DNA of 64,000 bases. Origin: a virus. This document shows positions 14,250 to 22,759 of the stretch, piece after piece. Every line of letters starts with the position of its first letter. Positions within the stretch are counted from its first letter, which is position 1. The translations under genes and the position numbers were made by a program. The stretch lies in IMG/VR virus record IMGVR_UViG_3300026290_000007, one strand, 5' to 3'. The notes beneath the pieces were generated by a model. The model saw only the letters and a list, made by a program, of their open reading frames with translations. It ran no database searches and was not told the DNA's origin.

Positions 14250-15524
14250 TTACAACAATTGTGCTGCCAAACCTGAGAGTCTTGATCGCTCTGCTTTCTT
14301 TAGTGTTACATGAGCGAATTCTTTTTGGCCTTTAAACCTCTCAACTGTATAAACGAGACCATTGTTTTGACTGTCCAAGTACGGATGGTCAATTTGATGG
14401 GGATCACCAATTAATATAACTTTTGTTCCTTCCCCTGCTCTAGATATCAGAGTTTTAACTTCATTCGGAGTAAGATTTTGCACTTCATCTACTATAATAA
14501 ATAATTGCGGCAAACTTCTTCCTCTGATGTAAGTTAACGATGAAAGCTCGACTTGCTTTTTCTCAATGAGTTCCTGCAGGGCATCTTCTGAGCCAAGCAT
14601 ATACTCGAAAGCGTCATAGGCGCTTCCCATCCATGGAGCTAGCTTCTCGTCTAGTTCTCCAGGCAGTGCCCCCATGTCTTTGCCGATTGGCACGATAGAT
14701 TTGTAGTAAATCACTTTGTTGTATACATTGTTGTCTACTGCTTGAGCACCGCCAGCTGCCAAAGCCAAAAGTGTCTTACCTGTTCCTGCGCTTCCTATTC
14801 CTGTAACCAACTGAATCTTTGGGTCAAGCAATGCTTCCATGAAGAAGATTTGCTCGAGATTTCTTGGGCTAACATCCCACGGTTTATAATCTGTATATTG
14901 CAATGCTATAAAGTTTCCATTGCAATATTTGGCAAGCGCAGTATGTTTTTTGTTACATTCATCCTTTAAGACTATGAATTCATTCTCATAGAACTCCTCA
15001 TCTTCAAGACAAGGTAGTTTCTTATCTTGATAGAAGAGGTCTACAGCCATGCCAGGTACAAGAACTTCTTTTACTCCTGAGTAGATATCTTCTACTTCTA
15101 CTTCAATTCTGTCCTGGTCAAAAGCTTCTGAGGGGATCCCAAAAGCCCTAGCTTTAACTCTGCAGGCTCCATCATTACTGATGAGCTTAACATCTTCACC
15201 CTCGTACATCAGATGATAGCACACGGCAATAATTTGGTTATCAACTTTATTACCATCTAATTTTAGTATATGCGCCGAATCAGGTGTGCGAGATTCAATT
15301 CTGACTCTAACTCCGCCTTTGAGTTTCATTTCGCCAGACTCTTGGAGCTTGTCTATTGTCTTAATGGCTTTTCTTGCATTTCTACCAGCGTCATCTTGCC
15401 TCTTCTTTTGGTTATCTAATTCTTCAATAACACAAATAGGAATAACAATATCACATCTCTTGAACGCGCTTAGCGCGTTGGGGCTGTGTAGAAAGACATT
15501 GGTGTCAAGAACGACAGTTGCCAC
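14250..15524 (-). CDS. phoH: PIN-domain/PhoH-like ATPase (YlaK-type)
   Basis: N-terminal PIN 'VVLDTNVFLH'. Walker A 'GSAGTGKT'. Walker B 'IIVDEVQNL'. 'GDPHQID'. GTG start with GGGGGA upstream. Confidence 0.88.
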   Translation of the reverse strand: MATVVLDTNVFLHSPNALSAFKRCDIVIPICVIEELDNQKKRQDDAGRNARKAIKTIDKLQESGEMKLKGGVRVRIESRTPDSAHILKLDGNKVDNQIIAVCYHLMYEGEDVKLISNDGACRVKARAFGIPSEAFDQDRIEVEVEDIYSGVKEVLVPGMAVDLFYQDKKLPCLEDEEFYENEFIVLKDECNKKHTALAKYCNGNFIALQYTDYKPWDVSPRNLEQIFFMEALLDPKIQLVTGIGSAGTGKTLLALAAGGAQAVDNNVYNKVIYYKSIVPIGKDMGALPGELDEKLAPWMGSAYDAFEYMLGSEDALQELIEKKQVELSSLTYIRGRSLPQLFIIVDEVQNLTPNEVKTLISRAGEGTKVILIGDPHQIDHPYLDSQNNGLVYTVERFKGQKEFAHVTLKKAERSRLSGLAAQLL

Positions 15525-15543
15525 ATATATTCCCCCTGAGTAT

Positions 15544-17616
15544 TTAGTTTTGCATTTTTCCGTTGTAAAACTTAGCTCCTTCAGTACCTACTGGGTCGAT
15601 ATAAGAATATCCTGGATACATGTGATAGAACATTCTTCCGTGATGCTCTCCAAGCTTATTCTTAGCTACGTGCACTTCTAGAACTGGTTGTTTCCCGTCT
15701 TTTCCTAGTATCTGGTGATATACGTCAGCTCGTTCCCCTTTCACTTGAACTTCGTTATAACACAGCATGACAGCAGAAGCATCATACTGTAATTCAATGG
15801 TATCCTTGAGATCGTCCAGTATCGGACGGCGGACGCCATTTAATTTCTTTAGTTCTCCAGTACAGAAGACTGGAACTAAATCTGTTTCACAAAACTCATC
15901 TAGCTTTTCGGATACTATCTGAAGATTAAGCTGAGGGTCTTTTGCTTTTTCTTCTGTTCTGACATCATAAAGATTATCTATAAATATTGCTAGTTGTTTT
16001 GGAGGCTCCCCAGTTTCTTGGGATATAGCCTCAAACTTAGCTTTGTGAGCCCTAGCAACTTGTATCATATATTCGGCACTATAGCCAAATTTTTTATCCA
16101 ATAACTTAAATCGGTTAACGGTTCTCCTTAATGCTGTAAGTCCTTTGTCGCGCTTCTCCATTAGGATTGGATTATCTGCATACTTAGCTGGAATCTTTGC
16201 CACATTAATCGGTATGCGCTGGTCAATCGCCATAAGTCTGGGTAGAATCGCGACATCAGGATCGTCTATGGCAAAGTATATTACATACGCGTTCTCGTTG
16301 TTTTGAATAACATTCCAAGCGAGTTGTAAAGCAAGCATGGATTTGCCGATATTAGGTTGCCCAGCAAGAACATAAAGAGCTGGCTGTAGTCCATTAAAAG
16401 CTTCATCAAATTCCTTATCTCCAAAACTAAGACCTCCAAGTGCCCCACGACTCCAATTGTACTCTTCTACTTTATCAATGATTGCCATCATTTCTTGTTC
16501 ATAATCGTAGCATTCACGACCAAGCAATAGTTTGGATGCACTTTGAATCTGTTCAATATTTTCTGGTGTTACAAGTTTAAGACACGGCGTAGCCGATTGC
16601 ATCTGTTCTCTCCTTGCCAATTCACATTTAGTTGGTTCGCATGTTGCTAAATCTTTAATGGTCTGACAACCGTAACTATACTTGTTATCAAAAACCTGTT
16701 TGACTGTTCGTTCGATTTCATTCTCTGGAAGAGGATTTTCTAACACTTGCGCGTTCCAGTTTAGAATACTGTCCAATACCTCTTCGTAACTAAATCCTTT
16801 TTGTCTGTAATGACTTGCTAATACAATCGCCGTATCATTTCTTTTACCCTTGCCTGCCCCGTAGTATAGAATCCATTCGATGCAAGGAGGAGTAGATTCT
16901 AACCTAATTATCTTTCCGCTGCGCTCTCTAATTCTATTTTTAGAAGATTCATACTTTGTTATATAGTTTCTAAAAATGGATGCCGCTTGTTCAATCCTGA
17001 TAGGGCTTTCTTTGGTTGTTAATTTTCTATGACTTGTAGCAAGATCCAGAATGGCTTCATATTCAAGATTCTTTAACTCTTCATATGTCAGTGGAATCTT
17101 ATAAAGACCAGTCTTCTGATGAACACTATTAACAAGCCTGAATAATCTTACCTTGTCATATATTACTGTATCAAGGGTGTTATTGGCTAATGCTGCATTA
17201 ACATCTGTGGCTATAAGTTTATAAATTTCGTTGAGATTTTCGGATGGCTCTGCTCCCAAACACTCCGCAGGGACAGTGATATGTACACCTTTATGTCCTG
17301 AGAAGTAAATGTTGGGAATATTGTAATCAATTCCGAAAACTGTTTTGATATAACTTAATGCGGTTAAGGCGTCTTTCCTTACAGCTTCGAAATCATCTTC
17401 TTTGTCAAAATCGAAGTAAAGGTCAGAGTATGCTTTACTATCTCTGATTTTTTCACTGTCGTATCGATATGCTGTTATGTATACGCCTGTATTGTTGTAT
17501 CGCTTACGAAAGTCATCTACCTTATTAATAGGAATAATTATGTTTCTTCGAAACAAATTATCGGGTAGATTGACTCCTGCTTCTACAAAATTAAATTCAG
17601 CTAGGTTCGCTGACAC
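15544..17616 (-). CDS. bifunctional AEP-type primase (prim-pol) / DnaB-family replicative helicase
   Basis: AEP motifs 'LYFDFDKEDD' (DxD), 'FSGHKGVHITVP' (sGxGxH), 'RLFRLVNSVHQKTG'. C-half has Walker A 'GQPNIGKSMLALQLA' and Walker B 'IFIDNLYD'. GTG start. Confidence 0.87.
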   Translation of the reverse strand: MSANLAEFNFVEAGVNLPDNLFRRNIIIPINKVDDFRKRYNNTGVYITAYRYDSEKIRDSKAYSDLYFDFDKEDDFEAVRKDALTALSYIKTVFGIDYNIPNIYFSGHKGVHITVPAECLGAEPSENLNEIYKLIATDVNAALANNTLDTVIYDKVRLFRLVNSVHQKTGLYKIPLTYEELKNLEYEAILDLATSHRKLTTKESPIRIEQAASIFRNYITKYESSKNRIRERSGKIIRLESTPPCIEWILYYGAGKGKRNDTAIVLASHYRQKGFSYEEVLDSILNWNAQVLENPLPENEIERTVKQVFDNKYSYGCQTIKDLATCEPTKCELARREQMQSATPCLKLVTPENIEQIQSASKLLLGRECYDYEQEMMAIIDKVEEYNWSRGALGGLSFGDKEFDEAFNGLQPALYVLAGQPNIGKSMLALQLAWNVIQNNENAYVIYFAIDDPDVAILPRLMAIDQRIPINVAKIPAKYADNPILMEKRDKGLTALRRTVNRFKLLDKKFGYSAEYMIQVARAHKAKFEAISQETGEPPKQLAIFIDNLYDVRTEEKAKDPQLNLQIVSEKLDEFCETDLVPVFCTGELKKLNGVRRPILDDLKDTIELQYDASAVMLCYNEVQVKGERADVYHQILGKDGKQPVLEVHVAKNKLGEHHGRMFYHMYPGYSYIDPVGTEGAKFYNGKMQN

Positions 17617-18034
17617 CTCGTATGCCCTCCCCTTCCTCTCTAGCCTTCTTTGTTTCTAGCGTTTCCTGGCCATAGGGCAAATAACGTTGGATATCAAATG
17701 GTACACTGGGAGGCATTATGTTTTCAATCTGCATAAGATCTCTATGATAATCTATTGTGAATAGCACACTATCCAACCCATAACGATTAACCATATAAGA
17801 AAGAGCGTTGGTAAAACGTTTTACGTCATCTGGGTGCGACATCTTAACGTTGAACGCTTCTTCGTAATACCTAAGAAGATCTTTATCTGTGAAGGATTCC
17901 CTAATGCTGATAGAGAACGATGGAGCTCTCAGCCAAACTACTGTTCCGTCATCTGCTATGTAAGACACAGGAGGCGGCGGAAGAATGCGCAGCGCATTGT
18001 GATAGTAAAATTTACCTCGTTCTATCAGTTCCAC
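17597..18034 (-). CDS. hypothetical protein (early/replication module)
   Basis: 145 aa. The GTG start overlaps the upstream TAG by 1 nt. No motif recognised. Confidence 0.5.
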   Translation of the reverse strand: MELIERGKFYYHNALRILPPPPVSYIADDGTVVWLRAPSFSISIRESFTDKDLLRYYEEAFNVKMSHPDDVKRFTNALSYMVNRYGLDSVLFTIDYHRDLMQIENIMPPSVPFDIQRYLPYGQETLETKKAREEGEGIRGVSEPS

Positions 18035-18324
18035 TATTCAAGACCCGCCTCCGTTAACATCGTTTGAATGAATTCGTCTAGGCCTTCTTCACCGTATTCT
18101 TCTACAAGTTTAGTTCTTAGATATCGTGTAAATGCTTTGATATTATCTTGGGTTATTGACTTGTGACTTTTCCATACTCCATGTGACCATGCGTCTACAT
18201 ATGAGTCGCAATCGCTTGGGGTAAGCCCCGCCCACAGCCGCAACGCTTTTAGAGTTAGACCGTCTTTTCTATTCCATGCAGATTGGGCCAACACATTATG
18301 GGTTGCTGGGACATTTGCTTCCAT
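18034..18324 (-). CDS. hypothetical protein, first gene after the strong promoter
   Basis: 96 aa. ATG preceded by AAGGAGG. Directly downstream of the consensus promoter. Confidence 0.55.
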   Translation of the reverse strand: MEANVPATHNVLAQSAWNRKDGLTLKALRLWAGLTPSDCDSYVDAWSHGVWKSHKSITQDNIKAFTRYLRTKLVEEYGEEGLDEFIQTMLTEAGLE

Positions 18325-18353
18325 TATAGAACCTCCTTGCCTCTGATGGGTAT

Positions 18354-18382
18354 ATTATACCATCCCAGAGACAAAAAGGCAA
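18354..18382 (-). promoter_or_regulatory. near-consensus extended -10 sigma70/sigmaA promoter
   Basis: Minus strand reads TTGCCT (18377-18382), 17 nt, TGgTATAAT (-10 at 18354-18359, with TG at the extended -10 position). AAGGAGG and ATG at 18324 follow. Confidence 0.6.
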
Positions 18383-18408
18383 TACCCCTGTGCCCATTTT
18401 TTAAAAAA

Positions 18409-19170
18409 TTATGCATCAATTTGTGCATGGACTAAGCCGATATTGAAATCTTTTTCCAAATCGATATCTAGGCCGTGAACTCTGCCACTACCATTGGCAA
18501 TACAAATCTTCCTCGATTTGACATCAGCCACAAATTTTGGATTGGACGCTTCGGCACGTCTGACAGCGAGGATCTTCATCTTCTCTATCTCTAGTTGATT
18601 ACAAGATATCCGTGGTTCGAGTTTGGATAGATCGTCGTTGTATCTATCAATAACTGAATGGTAAATGGTTCCACATTGCACACAGATATCGAAACATAAA
18701 GCAAAAGCCCTCTCTGACCAGAAATTAAATTGCTTAAAATATCTTAGAGCATTATCAAAATAAGGTTTGCTTGCTTCCATTTGGTATTGTTGACATTCTG
18801 TTGTGCGACCGAGTTCTTTAAATTGAGTTTGCCACTCTTTTTTTAGAGATCTCTTAGATGTACCAACCGATATAGAATCAGCCCAAGCAATCTGACGAGC
18901 AGTAGATATTGGTCTTGAAATGTCTTTTAGTTCTTGGTAGTTATCACCAAATATGTCTTTCATGAGACTGTCGTGGCTAGTAAACATTTTTCGCAACATA
19001 GGTTGCAAAGTTCCACTCTTCATATTGAACTGCAAAACTCCAAAGCTCATGCCCGCTCCGTCAAAGTTCCCAGTAACACCTGCAAAACATTCTGGAGGTA
19101 ATTCACTGGTCTCGTAGGTTCCAGTCAAAGCTAAAACCCTGAGCTTAAGTTCTTGTTCTTTAATAGACAT
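18409..19170 (-). CDS. endolysin, GH46 (chitosanase)-like lysozyme-fold glycoside hydrolase
   Basis: 'LTGTYETSE...GNFDGAGMSFGVLQFN' and 'CQQYQMEASKPYFDNALRYF...FALCFDICVQCG' resemble the catalytic Glu/Asp blocks and the ...D..VQ.G block of GH46 chitosanases (from memory). It is about 250 aa and collinear with the C-terminus of the hub protein (60109-60882). No signal peptide. It sits next to the holins. Confidence 0.65.
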   Translation of the reverse strand: MSIKEQELKLRVLALTGTYETSELPPECFAGVTGNFDGAGMSFGVLQFNMKSGTLQPMLRKMFTSHDSLMKDIFGDNYQELKDISRPISTARQIAWADSISVGTSKRSLKKEWQTQFKELGRTTECQQYQMEASKPYFDNALRYFKQFNFWSERAFALCFDICVQCGTIYHSVIDRYNDDLSKLEPRISCNQLEIEKMKILAVRRAEASNPKFVADVKSRKICIANGSGRVHGLDIDLEKDFNIGLVHAQIDA

Positions 19171-19189
19171 AGCCTATCCTCCTTTTAAT

Positions 19190-19217
19190 AAAAAGAGGGG
19201 AACATAAAGTTCCCCTC
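19190..19217 (-). terminator. rho-independent terminator-like hairpin immediately upstream of the endolysin RBS
   Basis: Minus strand: GAGGGGAAC-tttat-GTTCCCCTC (9-bp GC-rich stem) followed by TTTTT, then AAAGGAGG and the endolysin ATG. Confidence 0.6.
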
Positions 19218-19222
19218 AAAGA

Positions 19223-19795
19223 TTATCTGATTGCCAATGGGATTGAAGCATATACTCTAGTTTCAAATTCGCCAGACTTGAAACTAACTGTTTCTTCTAT
19301 CCCAACGTGGATTCCTCGGTAGACATTGTACGATATACCGAGACCTGCCTTATCCAGATAAATAACTCCGTCAATAGAAAACTTTTTGTACTGGAATATT
19401 TCGTATCCTATTCCGATATCTTCGACATCACATACAAGTTTGAATTTATACTCAGGCTCCTTTACCACAACAGTTGTTGGTATTTCTACCGTAATTGTTC
19501 CATCATCGTTTGGTGTAACAGTAGCTGTTCCATCATTAGTAGTTGTTGTTCCGTCTGGTGAAGTAATATTAGTAGGGACAGTTGTGGGAGTAGTAATGTT
19601 AGGCGGAATTACAACCGTATGAACAATGGTTGTAGATGTGTCTCCTGGAGATACGGTATCTGGATCTGGATTAATAATAATTTGATGAGGCGGTGCATCA
19701 TGACTTCCGCTAGGCGTTTTAGGTTGTAGCATGTGACCTGCAAATAAGAAACAGGTCACTAATGCTACAAGAAGAATCTTGGACTTTAGTGTCAC
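19223..19795 (-). CDS. membrane-anchored/secreted protein with Thr/Pro-rich linker and beta-rich C-domain
   Basis: N-terminal 'KSKILLVALVTCFLFAG' (signal/anchor). 'TTPTTVPTNITSPDGTTTTNDGTATVTP'. C-terminal alternating beta pattern. GTG start. Confidence 0.55.
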   Translation of the reverse strand: MTLKSKILLVALVTCFLFAGHMLQPKTPSGSHDAPPHQIIINPDPDTVSPGDTSTTIVHTVVIPPNITTPTTVPTNITSPDGTTTTNDGTATVTPNDDGTITVEIPTTVVVKEPEYKFKLVCDVEDIGIGYEIFQYKKFSIDGVIYLDKAGLGISYNVYRGIHVGIEETVSFKSGEFETRVYASIPLAIR

Positions 19796-19819
19796 TTGGA
19801 TCAGTCCTTTTTTAAAACA

Positions 19820-20020
19820 TTACTGTTGATCTGTTGGTTCAGTAGGCGCAGGAGGATTCAGTGCCAAGAAGCCTAAAAGCTTCTTAATGGTAGCTAGGAT
19901 CTCGTTATCTTTAGTTGACGGTGTCAAGTTCACAAGAATGGAAGCAGCTGCAATAATATAAGCAATCGTATCAGTGATATCTTTCCAATGCTGAAGGATC
20001 CAATCTAATACAGTCATCAC
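19820..20020 (-). CDS. small single-pass membrane protein (holin-associated)
   Basis: 66 aa. One TM 'IAYIIAAASILVNL' followed by 'TPSTKDNEIL'. Start is GTG 20020 or ATG 20017, after AAGGAGGG. Confidence 0.5.
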   Translation of the reverse strand: MMTVLDWILQHWKDITDTIAYIIAAASILVNLTPSTKDNEILATIKKLLGFLALNPPAPTEPTDQQ

Positions 20021-20040
20021 CTTGTTCCCTCCTTTACTGA

Positions 20041-20655
20041 TTATTTTGTAGGCTTTTTAGGCCTACAAAAATTGGTCTTGAAAATTTTGTTTATTGTATT
20101 ATAAAATAAATCCTGAACCCAGTCGCGTTCAATCTTAGCAACTAGCACTGGGTCTTCGTGGTTAATAAAACCTAGTTCTCTTACTTTGTTAACTGCGGCC
20201 TTGAATGTGCCAAGCGATATAAGCAATTCTAGCAACATGAAGACAATGAAGCTTGGGCATGGATGGATCTTAAGCAAGTAAGTTAACCCTGAATGGAGAA
20301 CAGATCCTGCTAGCGCTCCCTCGTACACATTCAGTGGCGACTGCGGTCTCAGATGGCTAAACATCGCGTATGCATACATTCCAAAGAATACTGTGGCAAT
20401 ATTGATTGCCATATGCATACTACATCCAGCAAGAAGACCCCATATGAGAGCAATTAAAAGTCCTGGGAGTGCACTCTTGTAGGTCGATATACCTGCAAAT
20501 GACATTAGCAATGCCCATCCTACCAGACCATCTAATGAATATTGCCCTATACTGATTGTGGTAAGATTGGTAAAAAACAATAGAGCTGTTGCTGCACATG
20601 TTGCTACTACAAATTCAAGACAACTAGTTTTTTCTCGGAGTAGATTATTTCCCAT
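20041..20655 (-). CDS. polytopic membrane protein (about 5-6 TM) of the lysis cassette
   Basis: The track ORF reaches 20775, but its first 40 codons lie inside the holin gene. ATG at 20655 (MGNNLLREK...) is the likely start. Multiple hydrophobic helices. Confidence 0.55.
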   Translation of the reverse strand: MGNNLLREKTSCLEFVVATCAATALLFFTNLTTISIGQYSLDGLVGWALLMSFAGISTYKSALPGLLIALIWGLLAGCSMHMAINIATVFFGMYAYAMFSHLRPQSPLNVYEGALAGSVLHSGLTYLLKIHPCPSFIVFMLLELLISLGTFKAAVNKVRELGFINHEDPVLVAKIERDWVQDLFYNTINKIFKTNFCRPKKPTK

Positions 20656-21088
20656 CTTCGTTCGTTCCGCCCCTTTCCTCAGTATTTTTGAGTAGGGTGT
20701 CCTCAAGAACTTGCGCTTCTTCTTTGTACCCAAGCGTTTTGAATTTACCCAAGAAAGAAGGGGCTTCTTTAACAAGCAATCCTAGGATTACTGCACCTCG
20801 TACTTGGTTATCGTTCAGGCCTCCTACCATATCTCCAATGTGCCCTGCGGCAATTAATAAAGTGTATATTACAAATTTCTCGATAGTTTTTGCTATGAGG
20901 TATTTTCTTGAGAAATTTCCTGTCTTACAAGACAGCCATACTCCTAGACATGTGTCTATTAACAGACCTAAATAAAAATATTGTATCTGTTGATTAAGAG
21001 TACCTAGCAAGAAAACAAGACAGACAGTTACAACATGTATTGCAGTTTGTAACATATTTCCGATGTCGATTTCAATCGGCGCTCTCAA
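20645..21088 (-). CDS. holin, TcdE/Phage_holin_4_1-like
   Basis: 'LLIDTCLGVWLSCKTGNFSRKYL...KFVIYTLLIAAGHIGD' and 'LVKEAPSFLGKFKTLGY' parallel the 'FDTLLG...K.RKF.S' and 'E..SIL.N....G' blocks of TcdE-type holins (from memory). About 3-4 TM segments. TTG start. Confidence 0.65.
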   Translation of the reverse strand: MRAPIEIDIGNMLQTAIHVVTVCLVFLLGTLNQQIQYFYLGLLIDTCLGVWLSCKTGNFSRKYLIAKTIEKFVIYTLLIAAGHIGDMVGGLNDNQVRGAVILGLLVKEAPSFLGKFKTLGYKEEAQVLEDTLLKNTEERGGTNEDGK

Positions 21089-21107
21089 ATAACATCCCTG
21101 CTTTCTC

Positions 21108-22385
21108 TTATGTTGATTCGTACTCCATAACTAGCCCACTAAGAAGAGGAGAAGTTTGACTTGACAATGACAGACCTATCTCGACATAAACTCTATGAAC
21201 GCCTGCTGGCAGAGCCTCACCTAGGTTTGCTTCTCTGTCTATGCCCGCTAAGTTGTAATGAATTTTGTAGACTGAGAATAAATCGGAGCCACTAACACTT
21301 CCATTAGAGAAAACAGGATTGACACTTAGAATCGAAGTGAACATCTTGGTTGGATCTGGAATATCAAAGGCTACTCTGACTTTGGAAGGTTCTGTCTTAA
21401 AGGCCATGTAGTTTACATCAATGTTTCTGAAGCCATAGTAAAAATTTCTTGTCTCGTTCTCTAGGAACCAGTTGGGTTGTTTACAGTAAATACGGACGCC
21501 AACAACATCTCTTGTTGGAAAACAAAACTTGATCCTTCCAAGTTCGCTAATCGAAACAGGTTCGATTTCTCCACCGACTTCTTGGACAGGATACGATGGG
21601 AGCCTCTGCCAGTCGTTGACCGTTCTGTACTGAATATCCAGTAGCGTCATAGACGATAATGGAGTTGGATCAATAGTCAGAATGTTAGCCCTCGTGTGAT
21701 TAATGATGTTAATAGGCAATTCTAGCTCTATGCAGAAATATATGTCTGTTATGCTTGAATCGTACTGCGACTTTCTGAGCCAGAATGAAGACTTATCTCC
21801 ATCAAAAGCATTTAGTAGATCACTATCTCCGTCAGCTACTTTGATTAGTCCATCGCCTGGTTCTATTGTTGCTACGCTGATGTCTATAGGTTCTACTGAT
21901 TCGTACACTTTTGCGCCGAATGTTTTCGGTATAAAATTCTGTTTGTTTAAATCTACCAAGTAGATCTTAGAAATCTCTTGAACATGAGGGATTTTTAAAA
22001 GCCCAAAGTCTGTGTCGTGCTCAAGATTAATACCGTCTGTGGGGTCATCAAAAGTAGTACTGGATGCAAAAGATTTGTAAAGCACTTTGAAAGTTATGGG
22101 TGTTGTATGTTCCTCTACTGGAGTAGTGTGTATGTTTATACCCTGCTCGGCATAGATGAGTTCTATGTTGTCTATTAGACTCTGCAAGGAGTTAATCTTT
22201 TTTTGTAAACATACATTTTCAACAACAAGCATTTCCATATTTCTTGGGATCTTGATCCCATATTCTGTGGCGAAGTTGAACAGCTGAATTAGATCATAAT
22301 AGCTGTCATCCATCCACTTATTGAAATCCTCACTTGAGGAAGGCCCTCTGAATTGGGCTTCTCTTTTTTCAGATATAGGTTGCAT
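21108..22385 (-). CDS. virion fibre/baseplate-associated protein (shared N-terminal module, discoidin-like motif)
   Basis: 425 aa. N-terminal 'FRGPSSSEDFNKW', a coiled coil, and 'LNAFDGDKSSFWL' (discoidin-type A-x-DG...W). Confidence 0.5.
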   Translation of the reverse strand: MQPISEKREAQFRGPSSSEDFNKWMDDSYYDLIQLFNFATEYGIKIPRNMEMLVVENVCLQKKINSLQSLIDNIELIYAEQGINIHTTPVEEHTTPITFKVLYKSFASSTTFDDPTDGINLEHDTDFGLLKIPHVQEISKIYLVDLNKQNFIPKTFGAKVYESVEPIDISVATIEPGDGLIKVADGDSDLLNAFDGDKSSFWLRKSQYDSSITDIYFCIELELPINIINHTRANILTIDPTPLSSMTLLDIQYRTVNDWQRLPSYPVQEVGGEIEPVSISELGRIKFCFPTRDVVGVRIYCKQPNWFLENETRNFYYGFRNIDVNYMAFKTEPSKVRVAFDIPDPTKMFTSILSVNPVFSNGSVSGSDLFSVYKIHYNLAGIDREANLGEALPAGVHRVYVEIGLSLSSQTSPLLSGLVMEYEST

Positions 22386-22759
22386 TAACTAAGCCTCCTC
22401 AAAATATTAAGCGCTCTATCTTTTGCACTTTGATACTCATTATTTATTCTATGAATAGAAATGAAGTTATAAGAACCTTCATTGCCTCCAGGCGTAGTGG
22501 GAATTATAGGAGAATCGGTTTCTAAAACTATGTTGCCATTTTCGTCGGCAGCAAATGGATGATACGAATTATCTGGATAAGGAAGATCGCTGTCTATGAT
22601 CTTATCTAAATCTTGTTGTAATGCATCTGCTTGTTCGGTAAGAATTGCCGCCATCCTTGTAATTTCCACTAAAAACTGATTGGCATACAGATTAAACTTC
22701 TCTGAACTATGATCTCCGCGCCATACCATTCTGGGCTTAATTATAATAGGTCTCTCCAT
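22385..22759 (-). CDS. small virion-associated protein sharing the N-terminal 'RG..SSE.FN' module
   Basis: 124 aa. 'WRGDHSSEKFNLYANQF' followed by a short coiled coil. TAATG junction with the next gene. Confidence 0.45.
   Translation of the reverse strand: MERPIIIKPRMVWRGDHSSEKFNLYANQFLVEITRMAAILTEQADALQQDLDKIIDSDLPYPDNSYHPFAADENGNIVLETDSPIIPTTPGGNEGSYNFISIHRINNEYQSAKDRALNILRRLS

Noticed and set aside
18341-18370. Imperfect palindrome ctctgatgggtata/tataccatcccagag considered as a terminator after the endolysin gene
   Set aside because: The arms pair only as 5+6 bp with an internal mismatch block and no following T-run. The same bases form the spacer and -10 of the much better supported promoter.
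20656-20775. N-terminal 40-codon extension of the polytopic membrane protein (track start 20775)
   Set aside because: It would overlap the holin gene by 131 nt, and the extension (MLKKPLLSWVNSKRLGTKKKRKF...) looks like out-of-frame translation. ATG 20655 gives an 11-nt overlap instead.
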